Numbered from the stretch's first letter, positions 33,641-47,827 are shown. The stretch is 64,000 nt of DNA from Macrostomum lignano (GCA_002269645.1 NIVC01002255.1:1-64000); one strand, 5' to 3'. The notes: a model not told the origin generated them from the letters alone. Program-made: numbers and translations.

Positions 33641-35258
33641 TTCTGATGGCCAATGGCATTTGGGTGATGGCTGACTGCTTGACTGACTAGCTGAGGATGT
33701 TCAGCAGTTGATTTTTGCCCACTGTTGAGGCTTGATCAGTGAAACTAGAGAAATTCTTATCAGGCTATCCATAGTCACCTGGTGCAATCTGTTGAAAGAG
33801 CCAATGGCGTCGGGATGATGACAGAATGATTAAGAGACTAGCTGAGAATGTCTAGCAGTTGATTCTTGCCCACTGTCAAGGCTTGATTGGCAAAACTAAA
33901 GAAATTCTTATCAGACTGTCCATAGTCACCTGGTGCCACCTGTTGAGGGTTCAAAAGCTGTACCTAGGTGAAGGCCAGTGACTAATGAAGTCAGAACTGA
34001 TGCAGACATGTGGTTGACATGCTAATGAAATTTGGAAACTTGGCAAGGCTGCACTAAGGTGCAGTGCTGATTGGCATATAGGGGTGTACTGAATACACTA
34101 GCACTTATGAGAAAAATCTGACCTAGCAGAATTGTCAAATATCTCAACAGTCTGGAAGGCTGGCGACTTGATTCTTGTTTGAGGTGTGCAACAAAAAGTT
34201 AGCCCATGTTCTTGAATTTCGTGTGCCTGCATTTCTCCGTTCTGGCGCAGCAAAAAATTGTCAAGGGGGAATTCCCCCCCCCTCTTAGTAGTTCTACTGT
34301 TAAAGCATAGAGACACAGTGATAAATCAAAGTTTTGATTGATCTTGGTTGAAGATTTTTGATCAACTAAAAGCTTGCAATAGAATTTGCAACCAAGACAC
34401 TTGGCAACTGTGCCAATAAGCTTTAAAAATTGTTTCCATGCAGCAAAATTGTAGTTAGCAATGCTTACAAACCCCATATTCATAAATATGAGAAAAAATG
34501 TGTGCATATGCACCTAAATATACAAAGCAAAATTGACTATATATAATGGAATTGATCTACCTATCCAATACATAAAACATTGAATTTGATATACAGATAT
34601 TTGCAAAGTTATCATTGTCATCTATATTATCTCAATAAATGACTTACTAGCTTAATTAGTGTTATACTTTTACCAATTTAGCTTATTTTTATTAAAGTTG
34701 CAACAAAAATATTAATGGCAACTTAGTTATGAAAAAAATATAAATTCTTCATTTTGGTTCTGAGGTTATTATCTGCATATAGAAAAGTTTTTTTTGTATA
34801 ATTACAATGTGATTTTGAGAATCTTTTTTATTTTGAACCTTTTTACAATAAGCAAATGACACCATAGAAACATAACCATTACCAATGGGGACCATCTTTA
34901 TTTAGGGGCCAGACTTTTAAGTCTTTAAGTAGGTTGATTAATCAAGTGATTGTAGTCTTGAAATCCCACAGATTGTAATAAGTATTAAATTATTGATAAT
35001 GTTTATATAAAATTAAGTTGATGGGGCAATTAAGGTTATAGCTAAGTATTTATAGGCCTAGTTAGCTAATTTTTATTAGCAATAACTTTAAATATTTTTT
35101 CCTGTTTAAATTTGTATTATAATAAATAACTATGTGACTTATCTAGTTGTTATACTATCTTACTTGGGTTTAATTTCATACTATGCTCAAAATATTCAAT
35201 TACAAGACCCAATAAATTTGATGCATGCTATCATAATCAGTAATCTAAGCCAATCAAA

Positions 35259-38200
35259 ATGCTGATCAACAAGGATCTTATCAAGCCAAAAATATTATAC
35301 TTTCTATTTCTTAGTATAGTGTCCAGCCTAATAATGTACTTGAACATGTTCCTAATGCAGCGAGGTATTAACGAGTTTGAGCTTGGACTAATTGACACAG
35401 TTGGTTATATTGTTGGATTTCTAATGCGCCCAGTCTGTGGCGCTGTGGCTGACCGTTATCAAGCCTATCGGCCGGTACTGCTGGCACTTATGCTGTTGTC
35501 AGCTGCTGGTTTCGATGGGATGCTACTGTTGCCCCAGCCGTTGCAAGCTGCTGCCTACAATGAAACTTTTAGCATTGTCAATGCTAGCTATAATGATACT
35601 GGCTATGCTAGCTTGTGCCTAGCAACTGATTCAATGACTAATAACAGTTATTATCAAGCGCCAATAAGTCTATGCAATTGTAAATCTGCCTCCAAGGACA
35701 GACTTGATCGCGGCACCATCACTCGGTTGAACTTTCTCGGATCGGAGTCAGACAAACAGTGCATTCTTTATGAACCAGCATCGTATAATTATAGTGCCAA
35801 ATTTGTTAGCAACAATAGTAAATTAATATGCAAAGCTTGCCAACTGACTAATAGCAGTAGTAAAGCCAAGTCAAATTGGAATGTCAACTTTCTACTGGCG
35901 CTAGTGCTGAAGACAATTGGCTTGGCTGGCTATTCTCCATTGCTTTGCCTGCTGGATGCTGTCACATTCTCACTACTGGGCCCTAAGCCTAGCGACTATG
36001 GTTGGACTCGAATGTATGGCAGTTTTGGTATTTTCATTACCGCCCTGCTAACTGGTTTTGCCTTGTATGGCTATAGCATGGCTTGGAGCTTTCGCACCGA
36101 CTATACAGCTTCGTTTATTCTTGCTACAGTATTGCTAGCCGTGGCTGCAGCTGTAACTGTCACCCTGAAGGTTTGTAGTTGGATGTTGCATCAGTTTTTG
36201 TGTTTTTTTTATTTACTTACGTGCTGTTGTTGGAGTAATAATGCCTGGGTCTTGTAGTTACATTGTAGCTCGTACTATCGTAGTTGTAAGTTGGTTCTCA
36301 CTTCTCATTGAAGCTTTCATGACAACTTAATTTTGTCAGTAATTAGCACATTATATTACACTTTATAAGGCCCCATTAATTATCATTGAGTTGCACTAAT
36401 TATCCTCATTAATTAGCACCTTGAATTGCACTAATTATCCTCATTAATTAGCACCTTGAATTGCTCTAATTATCCTCATTAATGAGCAACTTGAATTGCA
36501 ATAATTATCCTCATTAATGAGCAACTTGAATTGTATTAGTTATCCTCATTAATGAGCAACTTGAATTGCACTAATTATCCTCATTAATGACCAACTTGAA
36601 TTGCAATAATTATCCTCATTAATTAGCAACTTGAATTGCTCTAATTATCCTCATTAATGAGCAACTTGAATTGCAATAATTATCCTCATTAATTAGCAAC
36701 TTGAATTGCACTAATTATCCTCATTAATGAGCAACTTGAATTGCAATAATTATCCTCATTAATTAGCAACTTGAATTGCTCTAATTATCCTCATTAATGA
36801 GCAACTTGAATTGCAATAATTATCCTCATTAATGAGCATCTTGAATTGCTCTAATTATCCTCATTAATTAGCACTTTGAATTGCACTAATTATCCTCATT
36901 AATTAGCACATTGAATTGCACTAATTATCCTCATTCATTAGCACCTTGAATGGCACTAATTATCCTCATTAATTAACCTCTTGCTAATTGCATTAGTTAG
37001 ACCTAATTAATTAACTCCTTGTATATTACACTAATTAGGCCTCATTAATTAACAACCATCACTGTGTACGGTGCCATTGGAAGAGGTTGACCATCGTTCT
37101 AATTTCTGTACTTGAGTGGATCTAAGCACAAGGTCATATTAGGCCAATTTAAATACCTAGATCAGTCTCGTACTTCATATTAATTGCCAGGTGCCAACAT
37201 CGACTCGCACCCTGAATCCACTAAAAGCGCTGCCTCTGATGTGTCTGTCCTGGAGAATCGGAATATTCTACATTCTCGTTCTGCTTTCCGGAGCTGCCTT
37301 TGGCATTTTTGAATCTTTTCTTGCTGTCATGCTGCGCACCATGTTTGATCCGCCGCTGTACTTCTTTGGAATCATGTTTGCTGTGCAGGTGAGCGGATTG
37401 AGATGCACAGTCTCCGAAATCCCTTAATGAGATGGCTCAGACTACAAATCCACAGATTGAAATCCTCATTATCAGAAATCCCCAGATTAGAATCCTCACT
37501 ACTAGAAATCCCCAGATTAGAATCCGCACTACCAGAAATCCCCAGATTAGAATCCTCACTACTAGAAATCCCCAGATTAGAATCCCCACTACCAGAAATC
37601 TCCAGATTAGAATCCCCACTACCAGAAATCCCCAGATTAGAATCCCCACTACCAGAAATCTCCAGATTAGAATCCCCACTACCAGAAATCCCCAGATTAG
37701 AATCTTCATTACCAGAAATCTCCTGATTTGAATCCCCACTACCAGAAATCCCAGTATTGGTTACTGAGCAGCCCCGCCACCCCAACCCCCCAGGTGCTGG
37801 TGGAGGCGCCCCTGTTCGCCCTCTCAGGCTGCATCGTTAGCCGCATCGGCGAGCCGGCCTGTTTTGTGATCGGCTTTCTGGCATTCGCTCTTCGCTTCCT
37901 GCTCACCAGCCTGGTGCCAAACTGCTGGCTGTTGCTGCCAGTGAACTGTCTGCACGGCCTTTCGTTTGGCCTTATGTTCCCCGCTATGCTGGTGTTTGCG
38001 GCTAAACAGTCGCCCGAAGGTTGGCAGGGAACTGTGCAGGTTGGTGACTGTTAATTCTTGATTTTTTATTGATAATGTATGCGTGATGTACAGCTGAAGG
38101 TTGAAATAAGATTTACACAAGTCTTTAGTTATTGTTGTAGGTTTCTAGTTGAAATAAATCTTGTAGTAGTAGTAGAGTAGTATTGCTTTTGTCAGCCTAA

Positions 38201-38681
38201 CTGAGAATAAAGCCACCGAAAATGAGAATCCTGCCTACGCTGACTGCGAAGGGCCTGGCTGCGTGCAGCCTTAGTCTATGGGCCATAGACAATAAAGGAC
38301 AAGCAAAGTGATAAAAAGCCATCCAATGTGAGAATCGATTGGTCTATGCGTTGTATTCTTTTATTTTTATACCTTCTGAGCCATATGACTAGCCAATAGC
38401 TTGAACGGAATAACGGAAACAGGAACACACTTTGCTTGTCCTTTATAGTCTGTGGCTCATAGACTAGGCTGGACGCAGCTAGGCCTTCGTATTCAGCGTA
38501 GGCAGGATTCTCACATTGGATGGCTTTTTATCACTTTGCTTATCCTTTATAGTCTATGGCCCATAGACTAAGGCTGCACGCAGCCAGGCCCTTCGCAGTC
38601 AGTGTAGGCAGGATTCTCACTTTGGATGGCTTTATTCTCAGTTAGGCTGACAAAACCTATAGTACGCTCGTAGTAGTAGTG

Positions 38682-38712
<31 letters not shown>

Positions 38713-38745
38713 TAGTGGTAGTAGTAGTAGTGGTAGTAGTATTTG

Positions 38746-38784
<39 letters not shown>

Positions 38785-39270
38785 CATAGTTCTCGTAGTG
38801 TTGATAGTATCTAGTGGTTTTATTGGTAGTTGTTCTCGTGGCTCAACTTATTAGAAGCCCTTGCAGCATCTTAGAAATTAATATTTAATTCATAACAGCC
38901 TCGCTAATCGCACTAATTAATTTTAATTATAACTAATCCTCGCCAGGGCCTTGTGTCGGGCCTCTACTTCGGCGTCGGTCAAGCTCTCGGCGTCCCAGCC
39001 GCCGGCGCCCTCATACATATCCATGGCAACCGACCGACGCTTCGAATCTGGTCGGGAGCTTCTCTCGCCTTCGGCGCTGTAGCCGCCTGCCATATGGTTG
39101 CTATGCGGATCTGGCCTGACCAGCAGCCGTCCGCGATGTCGCCAATAACCGAAGTCAAGGGAGATGACGGTGAAGACAAGACGCCGGCTGTCGCTGGTCC
39201 AGGTGATCAGCTGCTGGAGCCGACGGTGGAGATGGGCCCGATTGATGATGCTAATGATAAATTGGTTTAG
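35259..39270 (+). CDS. MFSD6-like major facilitator superfamily transporter, ~559 aa. Exons 35259-36170, 37191-37388, 37794-38039, 38947-39270
   Basis: Motifs G.VADRY, Cys-containing large loop after TM3, YGWTRMYGSFG, VEAPLF, LHGLSFGL and GLYFGVG; three phase-0 GT-AG introns. Confidence 0.88.
36375..36975. repeat. 35-bp AT-rich minisatellite in MFS intron 1
   Basis: AATTATCCTCATTAATTAGCACCTTGAATTGCACT units. Confidence 0.95.
37470..37752. repeat. 30-bp minisatellite in MFS intron 2
   Basis: ACCAGAAATCCCCAGATTAGAATCCCCACT units. Confidence 0.95.
38187..38655. mobile_element. Fold-back/MITE-like element with long inverted arms and an internally duplicated ~106-bp subunit, next to a (GTA)n tract (38668-38783)
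   Basis: Termini TTTTGTCAGCCTAACTGAGAATAAAGCCA ... TGGCTTTATTCTCAGTTAGGCTGACAAAA; arms pair over ~150 bp; no clear TSD. Confidence 0.8.
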
Positions 39271-39412
39271 ATGAGAGACTTGGTGTGCGCGATGTAGCCA
39301 TGTAGCATATATATTTCAAATCAATGCAATTACGGTACTTGTACCTGTATTAGTTAGCGCCAATATCCAGCAGCATCATCACAGATACTAAAACAGTTTG
39401 ATCCTAAGTTTC

Positions 39413-39650
39413 CCGATATTCATCTCGTGCTACGACAATAGTCTATGGCCCAAACTCTATTAAGGCCATTAACAGCTTGCCGATATTCATCTCGTGCTTT
39501 AACAATAGTCTATGGCCAAAACTCGAGGCCATTAACAGCTTGTCGGTATTCATCTCCTGCTTCAACAATAGTCTATGGCCAAAACTATATTAAGGCCATT
39601 AACAGTTTGCCGATATTCATCCCTTGCTACGACAATAGTCTATGGCCAAA
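39413..39650. repeat. ~73-bp unit in about three tandem copies
   Basis: ACAATAGTCTATGGCCAAAAC...GGCCATTAACAG...CGATATTCATC repeated. Confidence 0.85.
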
Positions 39651-40391
39651 ACCGTGTGCGGTGAGATCATCGGATTTCAAATATATTGGGGGGAATTGGA
39701 TTATCAAACTCAAGTTGGTGTATTTTGTGGCCCAGGAAGCAAACAACCGATACAGGACTCTACACTTTACCTGTGCCATAAACCATAGACTATGTTTTGA
39801 CCATAGACGAAAGTAGAAGCGTAGGTTAAATATGATTGGCAGTGTCACAATGAATGCTAGAATTCTTAAACATAATAAAAAATGCTATTTTTACGAGCTA
39901 TAGTACAATACTACAGTTTAGTCTATGGTAAAAGCTGATAAATCATAGTTTCTTTGCATTCGTACAAGTGGCCCAAGCTAGTGCTTTAGGATCTGGTTTG
40001 TTATTATTGTATTTTGCCAAGTTATAATACAGTTTTGCTTTTTAGCTTTAATTTTAGTGTTAGTCTATGATAATAGTCCTATTTTAATTTGTCGCAACTT
40101 TCCAGCGATAATCATCCGTAGTTTTTCGGTGCTTTATGAACTGAAAAAATCGATTTATTTTTTAGCATATCTTGCAAGTAGACCCACCCTAAATCTTCGT
40201 AGTTGCTTGAAATCTTAGCTAAATTATGATCCCATATTTTAAACAATTTTTTACAACTATGTTTGTGTGTCTGTTCTGTATTGCACCTAAGTATATAGTA
40301 GCTTTGTATTGTTATGTTTTCAAAATTGTTTAGTAAATTTCTTGTAAATTTCTTTAAAAGTTTGTAAAAATCATAAGGCATAGTCATAAAG

Positions 40392-42380
40392 GTCGTCCTG
40401 ATTGATCCATCATTCACGGGAGTCATGGGTCACAGAGAGTCCTGCTGATTGATCCATCATTCACGGGAGTCATGGGTCACAGAGTCCTGCTGATTGATCC
40501 ATCATTCACGGGAGTCATGGTCACAGAGAGTCCTGCTGATTGATCCATCATTCACGGGAGTCATGGGTCACAGAGAGTCCTGCTGATTGATCCATCATTC
40601 ACGGGAGTCATGGGTCACAGAGAGTCCTGCTGATTGATCCATCATTCACGGGAGTCATGGGTCACAGAGTCCTGCTGATTGATCCATCATTCACGGGAGT
40701 CATGGGTCACAGAGAGTCCTGCTGATTGATCCATCATTCACGGGAGTCATGGGTCACAGAGAGTCCTGCTGATTGATCCATCATTCACGGAGTCATGGGT
40801 CACAGAGTCCTGCTGATTGATCCATCATTCACGGGAGTCATGGTCACAGAGAGTCCTGCTGATTGATCCATCATTCACGGGAGTCATGGGTCACAGAGTC
40901 CTGCTGATTGATCCATCATTCACGGAGTCATGGGTCACAGAGTCCTGCTGATTGATCCATCATTCACGGGAGTCATGGGTCACAGAGTCCTGCTGATTGA
41001 TCCATCATTCACGGGAGTCATGGGTCACAGAGTCCTGCTAATTGATCCATCATTCACGGGAGTCATGGGTCACAGGGTCACAGAGTCCTGCTGATTGATC
41101 CATCATTCACGGGAGTCATGGGTCACAGAGTCCTGCTGATTGATCCATCATTCACGGGAGTCATGGGTCACAGAGTCCTGCTGATTGATCCATCATTCAC
41201 GGAGTCATGGGTCACAGAGTCCTGCTGATTGATCCATCATTCACGGGAGTCATGGGTCACAGAGTCCTGCTGATTGATCCATCATTCACGGGAGTCATGG
41301 GTCACAGAGTCCTGCTAATTGATCCATCATTCACGGGAGTCATGGGTCACAGAGTCCTGCTGATTGATCCATCATTCACGGAGTCATGGGTCACAGAGTC
41401 CTGCTAATTGATCCATCATTCACGGGAGTCATGGGTCACAGAGTCCTGCTGATTGATCCATCATTCACGGAGTCATGGGTCACAGAGTCCTGCTAATTGA
41501 TCCATCATTCACGGGAGTCATGGGTCACAGAGTCCTGCTGATTGATCCATCATTCACGGAGTCATGGGTCACAGAGTCCTGCTAATTGATCCATCATTCA
41601 CGGGAGTCATGGGTCACAGAGTCCTGCTGATTGATCCATCATTCACGGAGTCATGGGTCACAGAGTCCTGCTGATTGATCCATCATTCACGGAGTCATGG
41701 GTCACAGAGTCCTGCTAATTGATCCATCATTCACGGGAGTCATGGGTCACAGGGTCACAGAGTCCTGCTGATTGATCCATCATTCACGGGAGTCATGGGT
41801 CACAGAGAGTCCTGCTGATTGATCCATCATTCACGGGAGTCATGGGTCACAGAGAGTCCTGCTGATTGATCCATCATTCACGAGAGTCATGGTCACAGAG
41901 AGTCCTGCTGATTGATCCATCGTTTACGGGAGTCATGGGTCACAGGGTCACAGAGTCCTGCTGATTGATCCATCATTCACGGGAGTCATGGGTCACAGAG
42001 AGTCCTGCTGATTGATCCATCATTCACGGGAGTCATGGGTCACAGAGAGTCCTGCTGATTGATCCATCATTCACGGGAGTCATGGTCACAGAGAGTCCTG
42101 CTGATTGATCCATCATTCACGGGAGTCATGGGTCACAGAGAGTCCTGCTGATTGATCCATCATTCACGGGAGTCATGGGTCACAGAGAGTCCTGCTGATT
42201 GATCCATCATTTATCGGAGTCATGGGTCACACAGAGTCCTGCTGATGGATCCGTCATTTACCGGAGTCATGGGTCACACAGAGTCCTGCTGATGGATCCG
42301 TCATTTACCGGAGTCATGGGTCACACAGAGTCCTGCTGATGGATCCGTCATTTACCGGAGTCATGGGTCACACAGAGTCC
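40392..42380. repeat. ~2-kb satellite of 45-47 bp units (GTCCTGCTGATTGATCCATCATTCACGGGAGTCATGGGTCACAGA)
   Basis: Read directly; the last ~4 units carry a distinct variant (GATGGATCCGTCATTTACCGG). Confidence 0.98.
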
Positions 42381-42401
42381 CATTGGCATTGAAATGCATG
42401 C

Positions 42402-45400
42402 ATGAAAATGTCCTGGAATGACGCCAATCGCTTAGACCGGATTATGCAGTCGCTAACTGCGGATTATCGAAGAAGCTTTGGTGGCAACGAAGAAGCTGTT
42501 GAAAGTTTCGGCGGAGCTCTCGACGCTGTCAGAGCGTCAATAGATGAGGAACAGTCACCTGACGGCAGCGGCGGCGGCCAGACTACCTGTCTGGTTTGCA
42601 TCGAAGATGTCACAGCCAGACAGCCAATTTGGTCTTGTCCAGCTTGTTTTGTTAGCTTGCACCTGCCTTGCACTCTGAGTTGGATTCGAAGTTGTTCAGT
42701 TATTACTCATGCAGGAGCGGCGGCTAATGCAGCCTCCTCGTCAGGTTGGACTTGCCCGAATTGTCGGGCCAGTTTTAAAGCCGCAGACGTGCCGAAGCGA
42801 TACACCTGCTATTGCGGTCGGGTTGAAGATCCCGAGTTCGATCCCTGGCTGGTGCCGCATTCCTGCGGTTCCCGTTGCGATCGGACTTTAAACTGCGGCG
42901 GCGACGGGCACACATGTTTGTTGCTGTGCCATCCGGGCAGGTGCCCGCCCTGTCCTCGGACTGTCACCGTTGCCTGTCATTGCGGCGGAGGTGGCGTTGG
43001 GAAGCTGCGCTGCGGTCAGACTTGGTGAGTTCTACGCTTATCCTAGATGCTACGCTTATCCCAGATGCTACGCTTATCCCAGATGCTACGCTTATCCCAG
43101 ATGCTACGCTTATCCCAGATGCTACGCTTATCCCAGATGCTACGCTTTTCCCAGATGCTACGCTTTTCCCAGATGCTACGCTTTTCCCAGATGCTACGCT
43201 TATCCAAGATGCTACGCTTTTCCCAGATGCTACGCTTATCCAAGATGCTACGCTTATCCCAGATGCTACGCTTATCCCAGATGCTACGCTTATCCCAGAT
43301 GCTACGCTTTTCCCAGATGCTACGCTTATAGATGCTACACTCATCATAGATGCTACGCTTATAGATGCTACACTCATCATAGATGCTACGCTTATAGATG
43401 CTACGCTTATCCCAGATGCTACTCTTATGCCAGATACTACTCTTATCCAAGATGCTACGCTTATCTCAGATGGTTCCACTTATCTCAGATGCTACGCTTA
43501 TCCCAGATGCTACGCTTATCCCAGATGCTACGCTTATCCCAGATGCTACGCTTATCCCAGATGCTACGCTTATCCCAGATTCCACGCTTATCTAAGATGC
43601 TACGCTTATAGATGCTACACTCATCATAGATGCTACGCTTATCCCAGATGCTACGCTTATCCCAGATGCTACGCTTATCCCAGATGCTACGCTTATCCCA
43701 GATGCTACACTCATCATAGATGCTACGCTTATCCCAGATGCTACGCTTATCCCAGATACTACGCTTATCCCAGATTCCAGTTTTATTATCCAATGCCAAA
43801 TAAGCTTCATCCCGCCTAATAACCGTGTCTATCAGGTCCTGCGAGCGACCCTGCAGCCGTCCCCTCGCTGGCTGCGAGCATCGCTGCCCAGTAGTGTGCC
43901 ACCCGGGTCCCTGCCAGCCCTGCTCAGTCCGGTTAAACACCGTCACCTGTCGTTGCGGCTCCCAACAGCGCCCAGCCGTTCTCTGCTCCGAGCGCGACTG
44001 GCAATGCGACCGAGTGTGCAACCGGGATCTGGGCTGCGGCTATCACCGCTGCCAACGGGTCTGCCACTCAGACCCGTGCGGCTCCTGCCCCGCCGCAGGC
44101 GGCAGAACCTGCCCATGCGGTAAGCTGCCGCTTCCCGGACTGTCGTGCTCAGACGATGTCGTCTTGTCGACGTGTTCCGACACGTGCGGCAGGTCGTTGG
44201 CCTGCGGTGTGCACGCGTGCCCGGACCAGTGCCACCTGGGCCCGTGCCCGCCCTGCCGAGAGATGGTTAGAAAGGCCTGCCGGTGCGGTAAAACTACGCG
44301 TGAAGTTCAATGTCATAAACAGGTGCGTTTTTTACTTGTCATCATACTACTATCAGAAGTAGAGCATATTGTTGACTAGCGACTTATTTTGTTTCAATTT
44401 TACTCTGTAGTAATCTAAATCTTAGGCCCAGAATCTTAGTTATCAGTTTCTTTGTCTCGTATAGAATCTCTGGGGTGAGATTTTGTCTGTTGTAGAATCT
44501 TTGTGGGGAGATTTTGTCTGTGATGCATTCTAGGGGTGAGATTTTATCTGGTATAGAATCTCTGGGGTGAGATTTTATCTGGTATAGAATCTCTGGGGTG
44601 AGATTTTATCTGGTATAGAATCTCTGGGGTGAGATTTTATCTGGTATAGAATCTCTGGGGTGAGATTTTATCTGGTATAGAATCTCTGGGGTGAGATTTT
44701 ATCTGGTATAGAATCTCTGGGGTGAGATTTTATCTGGTATAGAATCTCTGGGGTGAGATTTTATCTGGTATAGAATCTCTGGGGTGAGATTTTGTCTGGT
44801 ATAGAATCTCTTGGGGTAAGATTTTGTCTGTTGTGGAATCTCTGGGGTGAGATTTTGTTTTTTTCGTGGAATCTCTGTGGTGAGATTTTTGTTTGGTATA
44901 GAATTTCTAGGGTGCGATTTTTGTTTTTTTGGAAACTATGGGGTCAGATTTTGTTTGTTTAAATAATCTCTGGGGTGAGATTTTGCCTGGTATGAAATCT
45001 CTGGAGTGAGATTTTGTCTGTTTAAAAAATCTCTGGGGTGAGATTTTGTTTAAAATCTCAGAGTAAAATGTATCCTACTTTAAAGTATTTATGATTAGGC
45101 ATTTGATGCCTTAAATCTTGGGACAAAACTTTTGTGTTCGAAATTGAGAAAACCCTATGAGGTCAGGAGGACCTGGTTCTCTGCGCTGTCAGATACGTCA
45201 ATTTCTTTAAATATAACTCTCTTCTGACTGTTATCTAGGCGATTATTGTAGAGATTGTGAAAATCATCTGAGCTCCTTGCGTGCGAGTCATTAATTCAAT
45301 TTTTTCGTCTCTCAATCTCTACTCAATTTTGAGACGGTATTAAATGTCTCCTCGGGTGGCGCAAATGAAGCAGTCTGCAGTCTATTTCCGGGCTAAAAAA

Positions 45401-47635
45401 TGCCTTTTAGTTAATTATCGGTCCGCTGGTTTTGCTTATTAGCTCTCTGAGTATCGTTCTCAGCTTAATTCAATAGCTCGGAAGGACCTGATTAGGAAAA
45501 CGGATTTCAAGCATTGGCTTTGGCCTGAATCCCAATCAGGATTCTTTACTTCTTGTGACACTGGATACCCACTGTCCTTCAGCCTCTCAACCGACACCCA
45601 CTCACCGACAACTCTCACTGACGCCCTCTGCGACACCCCCTCACCGACACTCCCCTTACCGGCACTCCCTTACAGACATTCTGTCACTGAAACTCCCTCA
45701 CCGACACCCCCTCACCGACACCCCCTCACCGACACTCCCTCACCGACACCCCCTCACCGACACCCCCTCACCGACACTCCCTCACCGACACCCCCTCACC
45801 GACACTCCCTCACCGACACCCCCTCACCGACACTCCCTCACCGACACCCCCTTACTGACACTCCCTCCTCACCGACACTCCCTCACCTACACCCCCTTAA
45901 CCCCTTACCGACACTCCCTCACCTACACCCCCTTACCCCCTTACCGACACTCCCTCACCTACACCCCCTTACCCCCTTACCGACACTCCCTCACCGACAC
46001 TCCTTAATGACAACCCCTCACCGACACTCCTTAATGACACCTCTCACCGACACCCGGCTATAACTAAAATTACGCATATTCGCTTTTCTCCCTCAGGTAA
46101 CCTGCGATGTGAAATGCGGGCGCGATCGCGGCTGCGGCCGCCACCAATGCAAACGTCGCTGCTGTCCCGGCGGCTGTCCGCCATGCGACGCCGTGTGCGG
46201 CAGGCCGCTCAACTGTGGTCAGCACAAATGCCAGAGCCCCTGCCACAGCGGGCCGTGCTATCCGTGTACCGAGCGACAGGTTAATTAGCTTCTGATGTGT
46301 ACATGTATCGGGAATTTTGTCTATGTTTCTAAGGCCCATAGCATTGGTTGCTAAGGGCCATAGCATTGGTTGCTAAGGCCCATAGCATTGGTTGCTAAGG
46401 CTATAGATTGGTTGCTAAGAGGCCATAGCATTGGTTGCTAAAAGGCCATAGTATTGGTTGCTAAGGGCCATAGCATTGGTTGCCAAGGCCCATAGCATTG
46501 GTTGGTAAGGCTATAGATTGGTTGTTAAGGCTTAGCATTGGTTGCTAAGACCAGTAGCATTGGTTGCTGAGGCCTATAGCATTGGTTGTCAAGGCCAGTA
46601 GCATTGGTTGCTGAGGCCTATAGCATTGGTTGTCAAGGCCAGTAGCATTGGTTGCTAAGGCCAATAGCATTGGTTGCTGAGGCCCATAGCATTGGTTGCT
46701 AAGGGCCATATCATAGGTTGCTAAGGGCCATAGCATTGGTTGCTAAGGCCCATATCATTGGTTGCTAAGGGCCATAGCATTCGTTGCTACGGCCCATAGC
46801 ATTCGTTGCTAAGGCTATAGATTGGTTGTTAAGGCTTAGCATTGGTTGCTAAGACCAGTAGCATTGGTTGCTGAGGCCCATAGCATTAGTTGCTAAGGCC
46901 CATAGCATTGGTTGCTAAGGCTATAGATTGGTTTTTAAGGCTTAGCATTGGTTGCTGAGGCCCATAGCATTGGTTGCCAAGAGGCCATAGCATTGGTTGC
47001 TAAGGCCACCGTCTTCCAACTCCTCTGGTTTGCATCAAACCGGTTTCTCGCGCCACTCCACCCCCTGTCCAGGTGATTACCTGCCCGTGCGGTTTCGCTC
47101 GAGTAGCGCACCCTTGCGGCTCCCGGCGGCGCGGCCCACCCCGACCTCCGCGCTGCCCGCGGCCTTGCCAGGCGCCACCCGACTGTCGACATCCGGCGCG
47201 CGAGCCGCACCCGTGCCACTCCGGCGCCTGCCCGCCCTGCCGCCTGCCGTGCGGCGCCGAGCTGCCCTGTGGCCACGCCTGTCAATCTCCCTGTCACGCC
47301 GCTAAACTGGTGACCATCAAGCGCGAGGTTCGCGGACCCTGGGACGGTCCGGCCGAGGTGCAGGAGCTGCGCTGCCTGCCCTGTCCACCCTGTCGGGCCC
47401 CGGTGCCCGTCCGATGTTTGGGCGGCCACGAGGTGGCCAACGCGCCCTGCTGCAAAGCCAAGCCGCGCTCCTGCGGTCGGGCCTGCGGCGCTGAGATGAA
47501 CTGCGGCCGGCACCGCTGCGAGCTGGACTGTCATGAACTGGTGAGCTGCTGTCTGCCTGTGTCTGTCTGTCTGCCTGTGTCTGTCTGTCTGCCTGTGTCT
47601 GTCTGTCTGTCTGTCTGCCTGTGTCTGTCTGTATG

Positions 47636-47673
<38 letters not shown>

Positions 47674-47675
47674 GG

Positions 47676-47709
<34 letters not shown>

Positions 47710-47711
47710 GG

Positions 47712-47784
<73 letters not shown>

Positions 47785-47787
47785 GGG

Positions 47788-47825
<38 letters not shown>

Positions 47826-47827
47826 GG

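Noticed and set aside
40392-42380. CRISPR-like regular array
   Set aside because: Head-to-tail units without unique spacers, no cas genes, eukaryotic context.
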